DNA of 64,000 bases from Candidatus Bathyarchaeota archaeon (GTDB taxonomy: Archaea > Thermoproteota > Bathyarchaeia > TCS64): positions 608,001 to 672,000 of the forward strand of contig CAVYLP010000006.1 of the NCBI GenBank assembly GCA_963769425.1, given 5' to 3'. The stretch's first letter is position 1; each line of letters starts with the position of its first letter. Positions 57,951 to 64,000 of the stretch are shown piece by piece. A program made the translations under genes and the position numbers. The notes under the pieces are model-generated. The model was given only the letters and a program-made list of their open reading frames with translations, did no database searches and was not told the DNA's origin.

Positions 57951-57982
57951 CGAATTATATAGCTTATCTACGAAATATATAG
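57951..57982. promoter_or_regulatory. Direct repeat CGAAwTATATAG x2 (20-bp period)
   Basis: CGAATTATATAG at 57951 and CGAAATATATAG at 57971, between the remnant and the PhoU regulator. Confidence 0.55.
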
Positions 57983-58051
57983 ACAAATCATAGAAATATT
58001 TTTATTATTGTTTCTATAATGATTAATATAAAAAGAGAGTGACCCTATATC

Positions 58052-59137
58052 GTGTCAAGCAAAAAAACCGGAGGAAAGAAGCGCTTGTCCGGTAACGATC
58101 AGATGGAAGAGCTAAGAAAGATACAGGTGACGGGCGGTTCTACCTACATAATCTCCCTCCCGAAGAACTGGGTTGACCAGATGGGCCTCAAGAGAGGCAG
58201 CGTCGTAAGCATGAGCCAACGCGAAGACAGATCGCTGACCATTCAGCCTAAAGGCCTTGTCTCACCCGAGAGGGTCAAGAAGGTCATAATCACAATCAAC
58301 CAAGGGGATAAACCGGAGAGCGTAGTCCGCCGCCTCGTCTCATCCTACCTAGTCGGCTACAACATCATAGAGATCCGCTCCACTGAGAAGAGGATAGACC
58401 TTGAGACCCGCTTCGAGATCAAGGACTTCGTTCGCAAGAAGCTTGTCGGCACCGAGATACTTAGCGACTTACCCAATGAGTTAACACTCCAGATACTCCT
58501 CAGCTACGCTGAACTATCAGTGAAGGATGCTCTCCGCCGTATGGCTATAATCGCCGCGTCCATGCATAGGGACGCCGTTCAGACTCTCAGCACCGACAAC
58601 CCTCGCATAGCAAAAGAAGTAGTGAATATGGACGACGAGGTTGATCGCTTCAGCTTCTACGTGATAAGGCTTCTGAATGTGGCAATAATGGACGCCCATG
58701 TTCTGAAGGACAGCGGGATAGCCACTCCCCGGCAGTGCCTGAGTTATCGTCTCATCACGAAGTCGGTTGAGCGCATGGCGGACCACGCGACGAACATCGC
58801 GGAGAACCGCCTTGCCCTGCACCTCGTGCCAATAAACGACGACATCCTCAAAGAGCTGAACCGGATCAGCCAATCCGCCCTCAAAGTGTTCGAGGACGCG
58901 ATGGAGGCCCTCTTCGATGAGGAGTACGCGGAGGCGGATGGAGTTATGGAGGCCGCGGAGGAGACCCGAGGCATGGAGGACGAGGTCATACACAAGATCG
59001 TGAAGCTTGCCCCCGTCGAGGATGTTCCACAGCTCAGGCTCATCGTGGAGAGCATCGTGAGGACTGCGGAGTATGGTGCCGACATAGCCGAGACCGTCCT
59101 GAACATGGCGGTGAGCGCCGCGGTAACCGAAGCCTAA
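58052..59137 (+). CDS. phoU: Archaeal phosphate uptake regulator (AbrB + PhoU domains)
   Basis: RKIQVTGGSTYIISLPKNWV (AbrB), DDEVDRF, ERMADHA, RTAEYGADIAE. Confidence 0.93.
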   Translation: MSSKKTGGKKRLSGNDQMEELRKIQVTGGSTYIISLPKNWVDQMGLKRGSVVSMSQREDRSLTIQPKGLVSPERVKKVIITINQGDKPESVVRRLVSSYLVGYNIIEIRSTEKRIDLETRFEIKDFVRKKLVGTEILSDLPNELTLQILLSYAELSVKDALRRMAIIAASMHRDAVQTLSTDNPRIAKEVVNMDDEVDRFSFYVIRLLNVAIMDAHVLKDSGIATPRQCLSYRLITKSVERMADHATNIAENRLALHLVPINDDILKELNRISQSALKVFEDAMEALFDEEYAEADGVMEAAEETRGMEDEVIHKIVKLAPVEDVPQLRLIVESIVRTAEYGADIAETVLNMAVSAAVTEA

Positions 59138-59222
59138 CCAATATATTTTCTTATTTCAATATATATTACATCAATCAGATATATAGCATGCTAACTTTTC
59201 CCACTATAGCGAGGGAAAAGAG

Positions 59223-59360
59223 ATGAGCATTATCGAGATAATGTGGTACAGGGAAGCAGTGGCGAGTCGCGAAACCATCGACGAGAAGGACCTCCAGCAG
59301 GCCGAGAAGGAAAAGCGGCTAAAGGAGTCCCGAAAGGAGAAGGGAACCGCTCCCAAGTGA
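59223..59360 (+). CDS. Putative 45-aa charged small protein
   Basis: Manually read ORF MSIIEIMWYREAVASRETIDEKDLQQAEKEKRLKESRKEKGTAPK; GAGGG upstream, T-tract downstream. Confidence 0.5.
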   Translation: MSIIEIMWYREAVASRETIDEKDLQQAEKEKRLKESRKEKGTAPK

Positions 59361-59449
59361 GTCATTCCATGCCATTTTTTTACATCCTATCAACCTACTT
59401 CGTCCTACCCACATCGTTTTTAAGCACAGCCGCCACCCGCGTATTACGC

Positions 59450-59527
59450 GGGATCGTGGTCTAGCTTGGCTAGGATACGTGGTTCGGGACCACGTGATCC
59501 CCGGTTCAAATCCGGGCGGTCCCACCA
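59450..59527 (+). tRNA. tRNA-Pro (CGG)
   Basis: GGGATCG/CGGTCCC acceptor, CGTGG-TT CGG GA-CCACG, CCCGG TTCAAAT CCGGG, ACCA end; upstream TTTTTAAG TATA box. Confidence 0.96.
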
Positions 59528-59541
59528 TCTCCCAATCGGGC

Positions 59542-59901
59542 TCAATTATAATGAGCCATAGACCTGATCACATGGCCGTCGTGGTCAAAAATGAAGACCT
59601 CCGCCGCTTTCTTGTCCCGGGTCACGTTATGGTAATAAATGACGAGACTATCGGCGCCGATCAACACCTCAATTAACTCGAATCTTAGATCAGGTGACTG
59701 GGTAAGCGACTTCTCCCAGTACCTACGGATGTTATTTTTACCTTTCAACATCCCAGAGGGCTCATTCATCATCTGGACGATTCTGGGGCTGGACATCTCG
59801 AAGTCGTTGGAGTAGTGGGAGAGAATCCGGTTGAGATCATGGGCGTTCCAGGAATCGATCCACTCCTTAGCAAATTCCATCGCTCTATCCTTTGTAATCA
59901 T
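59542..59901 (-). CDS. SnoaL/NTF2-like family protein
   Basis: FAKEWIDSWNAHDLNRILSHY..SSP..GKNNIRRYW..PDLRFEL. Confidence 0.85.
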   Translation of the reverse strand: MITKDRAMEFAKEWIDSWNAHDLNRILSHYSNDFEMSSPRIVQMMNEPSGMLKGKNNIRRYWEKSLTQSPDLRFELIEVLIGADSLVIYYHNVTRDKKAAEVFIFDHDGHVIRSMAHYN

Positions 59902-60025
59902 TGGGTCCCCATGAGCTCTGGTCTCATCGAAAATCAAACTATCGATATATTCTGGATGATCCCGAAACTATTCCTTGGGCTCGTAAGTGTTATACCCGCC
60001 CTACCCAGCCACATAACCGATAATT

Positions 60026-61819
60026 ATGATTCTCCTACCCGAAGAGGACAAGAAGCTACTCAGGAAAATGGAGGCGGAGGTCTCCAAGGAGACCCTAGGC
60101 GCCAACTTCGACGAGCTCATGCAGTACCCGCCACTCCACTCGGGGAGCCCCGAGGAGGAGAAGGCGATACAGGTCCTACGCAGGAAGCTTGAGGAGTACG
60201 GGCTCGAGCCCAAGGTGCTCCGCTACGAGGCCTACGTCACAGACCCGAAGACGGCGAAGTTGACGGTGACGGCACCGCAGGTCATGGAGGTCCAGACGAC
60301 GCCCTACAGGCAGGCTGGCTCAACCTCGCCGGAGGGTTTCGAGGCAGATGTCATCTACGTGCCCCCGGACATGATCGGGTTCCAGGAGTGCCGGGGTAAA
60401 ATCGTGCTCTGCGAGCAGAAGACGAGCGGCGACTGGATGGGGCTGCAGGGCAAGCTGCTCCTCACACTGCAGGATATGGGCGTCGCCGGGCTCATAGTCA
60501 TCGAGCAGGACGACTACATGCCGAGCGTCTGCCACCAGAGGGCAGACTTCTCCGTCTCGGGCAACCCGACCCCCGACAATTTCCACCTCATACCCACGAT
60601 TCCCGCCATACTCCACGTCTCGAACAGGGACGGGGCAAAGCTGCGCAAGATGGCGCAGGGAGGCGGCATGAGGGCGCACATCGTTAGCTTCGCTGAGACC
60701 CGTTGGAAGAAGCTTCCCCTCCTCGTAACCGAGATCAAGGGCGGGAAGGAGCCGGACAGGTTCGTGCTCGTCAACGGTCACGTCGACACGCCCCCATACT
60801 GTATGGGCGCAACCGACAACATAAGCGGCGACACCGCCATTCTCGAGGTCGCCCGAATCCTCAACAAGCACAAGGAGAAGCTCCGCAGGAGCGTCAGGAT
60901 CGCCTACTGGACGGGGCACGAGATCGGTAAGTACGCGGGGTCGACTTACTACAACGACGCCTTCTGGCACGACCTTCGCTACAACTGTGTGGCGAGCTAC
61001 AACATCGACTCCCCCGGTTGTCAGGGGGCGACGACGGTGCGCGAGGCGCCTTATAGTGAGGTTCTCGAGGCCGTGCTAGAGAGCATCAAGGACGCCACCG
61101 GGATAATCGTGGAGCACTATAGGTGGCCCACGAGAGCCGGTGACGGCAGCTTCTGGAGCACCGGGCTCCCACACTTCGGCGTGACCACGAGCCGCCCTAA
61201 GGAGACCTACGACCCGCACGTCAACTACTCGGGCGGCGGCTGGTGGTGGCACACCCCCTTCGAGACATACGACAAGATGGACCTCGACATACTCGTAACA
61301 GACGTCAAGATAGAGCTCAACCTCATCTGGCGCCTCGCCAACTGCCCCGTCATCCCCTTCGACTACACCACATACGCGAAGAGGATGGTCGAGATACTCG
61401 AGGACATGCAGAAGAAGTCGGACAAGATAGTGGACTTCTACAACCTCCACCACCTCATCGCCGAGGCGAAGGAGCTCGTCGAGCTCTCGGAGAGGCTCGA
61501 GGAGGCGTCGAAGAAGGTGGCGAAGGGCGGCAGCCAGGCGAAGGTCGAGGAGCTGAACAGGTGCCTCATGTGGGTGGGGCGCCATGTCAACCCCGTCAGC
61601 CACAGCGACGCCGACATCGCAAACCAGGTGAGCATGGAGACCTTCGGGGCGCAGCCCTTCCCGAGGATAAGCCAGATCACGGACCTCGCCTCCATGACCC
61701 TCCACCAGTCCCCCGAGTTCAAGTTCCTCTACACGAAGCTCGTGAGGGAGAGGAACCTCGTGGAGGACGGCTTCTACCAAGCGAACGAGCTGATCAAGGC
61801 GACGCTTGGGAAGCTCTAG
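60026..61819 (+). CDS. M28 family peptidase with PA domain
   Basis: SGSPEE, NGHVDT, GATDNISG, WTGHEIG, NIDSPG, WWWHT..D. Confidence 0.88.
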   Translation: MILLPEEDKKLLRKMEAEVSKETLGANFDELMQYPPLHSGSPEEEKAIQVLRRKLEEYGLEPKVLRYEAYVTDPKTAKLTVTAPQVMEVQTTPYRQAGSTSPEGFEADVIYVPPDMIGFQECRGKIVLCEQKTSGDWMGLQGKLLLTLQDMGVAGLIVIEQDDYMPSVCHQRADFSVSGNPTPDNFHLIPTIPAILHVSNRDGAKLRKMAQGGGMRAHIVSFAETRWKKLPLLVTEIKGGKEPDRFVLVNGHVDTPPYCMGATDNISGDTAILEVARILNKHKEKLRRSVRIAYWTGHEIGKYAGSTYYNDAFWHDLRYNCVASYNIDSPGCQGATTVREAPYSEVLEAVLESIKDATGIIVEHYRWPTRAGDGSFWSTGLPHFGVTTSRPKETYDPHVNYSGGGWWWHTPFETYDKMDLDILVTDVKIELNLIWRLANCPVIPFDYTTYAKRMVEILEDMQKKSDKIVDFYNLHHLIAEAKELVELSERLEEASKKVAKGGSQAKVEELNRCLMWVGRHVNPVSHSDADIANQVSMETFGAQPFPRISQITDLASMTLHQSPEFKFLYTKLVRERNLVEDGFYQANELIKATLGKL

Positions 61820-61822
61820 CCG

Positions 61823-62743
61823 GTGTTCCGAGTGGTCCCTTCCCCGTTCCGAGTAGGGCTGATGGTAACCGAGCAGTGTGACGCCGAGTGCGCCCATTGC
61901 TGGTTCGAATGCTCACCTGGCAGGGGGGCGACGATGTCTCGCTACGACGCGGAGGACTATATAGACAGGGCGGCACAGACAGGCTCGGTCGAGTGGGTGA
62001 GCCTCACGGGGGGCGAGCCGATGCTTCACCCGAGCCTCGTCGAGGGCCTCATCGCATACGCCTCGGGGAGGGGATTGAGGACCGAGCTTGTCACAAACTG
62101 CTCGTGGGCCACGTCGCAAGAGAAGGCCGCTGGGACTCTGAAGCGGCTCAGGGACGCCGGCCTAGATGTGCTGAACATGAGCGCCGACGACTTCCACCTG
62201 CCCGAGATCCCCTTCGAGAGGGTCCGCAACTGCTACGAGGCCGCGAAGCGGCTTGGGATCAAGATGGTCATCATGACGGCTCTGAAGAGGTCGAGCCGCA
62301 TCGATCTCGCAGAGGTTTCGCAGCTGCTCGGGGAGGAAGTGGAGAGGCCCGGCCCTGAGCCTCCTCGGGGCTCGGTGATCGGTTTGGAGTCGGGCTTCAT
62401 CCCCGTGGGCAGGGGGGCGAGTATCCCCTGTACGGAGTGGCACCTCGACGGGTCGCTCCTCACGGGTGGCTGCGAGGCCGTCCTCAGGGACATCGGGGTG
62501 AGACCGAATGGCGAGGTGATGCCCTGCTGCTCGGCGTCCGCCACGCTCACCGGCTTCGGCATAGGCAACCTTTCCGAGTGGGAACTCGGTGAATTGCTTG
62601 AGGAGGCTTGGAAGAGCGAGGTCTTCAAGGTTCTAAGCGAGAAGGGGCCGATTGGCCTCACTGATACGCGACCAGACGGGATCTATGTGAATAAGTGCCA
62701 CCTGTGCAGCGAGGTCCTGAAACCGATTCTCGCCCCACTGTAG
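61823..62743 (+). CDS. Radical SAM protein with SPASM/twitch-like domain
   Basis: CDAECAHC, TGGEP, C..PNGEVMPCC..GNL, CHLC. Confidence 0.9.
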   Translation: MFRVVPSPFRVGLMVTEQCDAECAHCWFECSPGRGATMSRYDAEDYIDRAAQTGSVEWVSLTGGEPMLHPSLVEGLIAYASGRGLRTELVTNCSWATSQEKAAGTLKRLRDAGLDVLNMSADDFHLPEIPFERVRNCYEAAKRLGIKMVIMTALKRSSRIDLAEVSQLLGEEVERPGPEPPRGSVIGLESGFIPVGRGASIPCTEWHLDGSLLTGGCEAVLRDIGVRPNGEVMPCCSASATLTGFGIGNLSEWELGELLEEAWKSEVFKVLSEKGPIGLTDTRPDGIYVNKCHLCSEVLKPILAPL

Positions 62744-62964
62744 TGGATCAGTTTGCCTCTGGCTTCCTCAACCCCTCGATTGCTTCGTAGAAATGAGCGG
62801 AAGCGCACATCTCCTCTATTTCCCACACTTCGATAGTGGGTGGTTCGATATCATAAGCCTTCGAGAGTTCATGATGCCTGGTTTCTGGGTCGTTAAAAGC
62901 CTGGGTAGCCTTTTGCCCCATGTTTCTACTTTCGGAAGCCCGCTATGTATACCTAACCGAATCC

Positions 62965-63801
62965 TCAGGCGTTCAGTTCCCTGAGGAACCCGACCTTGCC
63001 GAGGTAGGTGCCGTCTAGTAGGTAGACCTCGAAGTCGTCCGTCTTTATAGCGTTCCTCCTCAGCATGGGGCCGAGCAGGCTCTGGGGGGCCTCGCCGTTG
63101 ACGGGTAGGCCGCCGAGGAGATCGTTGAAGGTGGGCATGAGGATCATCTCGGGGGAGCCCATCTCGGCGTCGTATTGCTCGTTGAAGGCGGCGACAGGGT
63201 CTCCCTCGAACTTCACGGCGTCCTGCTCTAGGAACGCCTTCGCGAGCCTCACCGGGTCGGCGACCCCCTTCACCCAGGCTCGCTGAACCATCCTGATGCC
63301 CAGCGGTGTGCGGAGCAGCACGGTGGGGTGGTTATGCCCCGCGATGAGGCAGTCTGCCTCTAGCGCCTTCGCCTTGGGCCATGCATGGCCGTGGAAGATG
63401 GCGATCTTGTAGTCCTCCCCAAGGATTATGCCCTTACTACTGTGTATTTCGACACCTTTCGTGGCGAGGTCCTGTATGTTGCCGTCGTGGTTGCCCCTCG
63501 TCACGTCGATCCGGGGCACCTCGGTGAGCAGGACCTCGAACAAGGTTGGAAGTTCCCTCTTCTCCTGGAAGCTTGTCACCGGGACACCGTGCTTAACGTC
63601 TCCAGCGATCACGAGCCTGTCGGGCTTGTACTTCTTGCAGAGTGCTAGTAGTTCCCCCTGTATTCTCTCCGTCTGGTAGGGAATGTTCACACCCGCCTTG
63701 CTCAGCTCGTACTCCAGCCCGATGTGGAGGTCGGCTACTATGAGTATCCTCTCGCCGATGTCTGCCAGCAGAGCGGGCCATGGGGCGAGCAGTCGAATCA
63801 A
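62965..63801 (-). CDS. Calcineurin-like metallophosphoesterase
   Basis: ADLHIG, GDVKH, GNHD, FHGH, GHNHP, MPTFN. Confidence 0.9.
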   Translation of the reverse strand: MIRLLAPWPALLADIGERILIVADLHIGLEYELSKAGVNIPYQTERIQGELLALCKKYKPDRLVIAGDVKHGVPVTSFQEKRELPTLFEVLLTEVPRIDVTRGNHDGNIQDLATKGVEIHSSKGIILGEDYKIAIFHGHAWPKAKALEADCLIAGHNHPTVLLRTPLGIRMVQRAWVKGVADPVRLAKAFLEQDAVKFEGDPVAAFNEQYDAEMGSPEMILMPTFNDLLGGLPVNGEAPQSLLGPMLRRNAIKTDDFEVYLLDGTYLGKVGFLRELNA

Positions 63802-63892
63802 GGTTCCCTGAAACCCCCTCCGCCGCCGGATTTAAACCGGTTCCTCTCCGCAACGGTCAAAACATGAGGCGCATAGTACACTCTGAACCTGC

Positions 63893-64000
63893 TTGGTCAC
63901 AGAGGAACGGCTCATACTGGAGCGCGTGCTTGACGAGGTGCGCACGGAGAAGCAGCTGAGCCGCTCCAACTGGGAGAGGCTCCGGGGGACCTTCGGCTAC
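63893..64000 (+). CDS. Hypothetical protein, 5' part (runs off window)
   Basis: TTG-started open frame MVTEERLILERVLDEVRTEKQLSRSNWERLRGTFGY. Confidence 0.45.
   Translation, partial: MVTEERLILERVLDEVRTEKQLSRSNWERLRGTFGY

Noticed and set aside
59319-59528. ORFs overlapping tRNA-Pro (59319-59528 and 59479-59676)
   Set aside because: They are translations of the tRNA sequence
1-64000. Selenocysteine/pyrrolysine recoding, inteins or tRNA introns
   Set aside because: The split genes I traced change frame rather than read through in-frame TGA/TAG; protein lengths leave no room for inteins; all three tRNAs are uninterrupted

Overview
GC-rich archaeal chromosomal segment, most consistent with a TACK-group archaeon such as Bathyarchaeia. 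The evidence is TFB, RpoD, L13e, L18e, archaeal S4/S9/S11/S13, Taw1, pantoate kinase and TrmB/Lrp regulators; the taxonomy is inference. The window holds about 55 CDSs, mostly housekeeping and amino-acid/peptide catabolism: M20, M28 and M32 peptidases, a 2-oxoacid:ferredoxin oxidoreductase operon, split GcvPA/PB, ilvBN, DtxR-FeoA/FeoB and MoxR-VWA. It also holds three tRNAs (Lys-CTT, Gly-TCC, Pro-CGG). I found no CRISPR array, integrase or transposase. The most notable observations are: (1) a phosphate-regulation locus where an AbrB-PhoU regulator is flanked by three arrays of a TATATAG-type motif at exactly 20-bp spacing, an apparently collapsed pst-like operon and an unannotated 45-aa ORF; (2) a divergent TFB-paralog / multidomain TrmB module with operator-like repeats; (3) a diverged GcvPA/PB pair coupled to an SDR, with no T or H protein nearby; (4) a structured ~160-nt ilvB leader; (5) iteron-like 21-22 bp repeats in a decayed segment; (6) an L13e with an L15e-like tail. 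Several genes carry single-indel frameshifts that probably reflect sequencing error.
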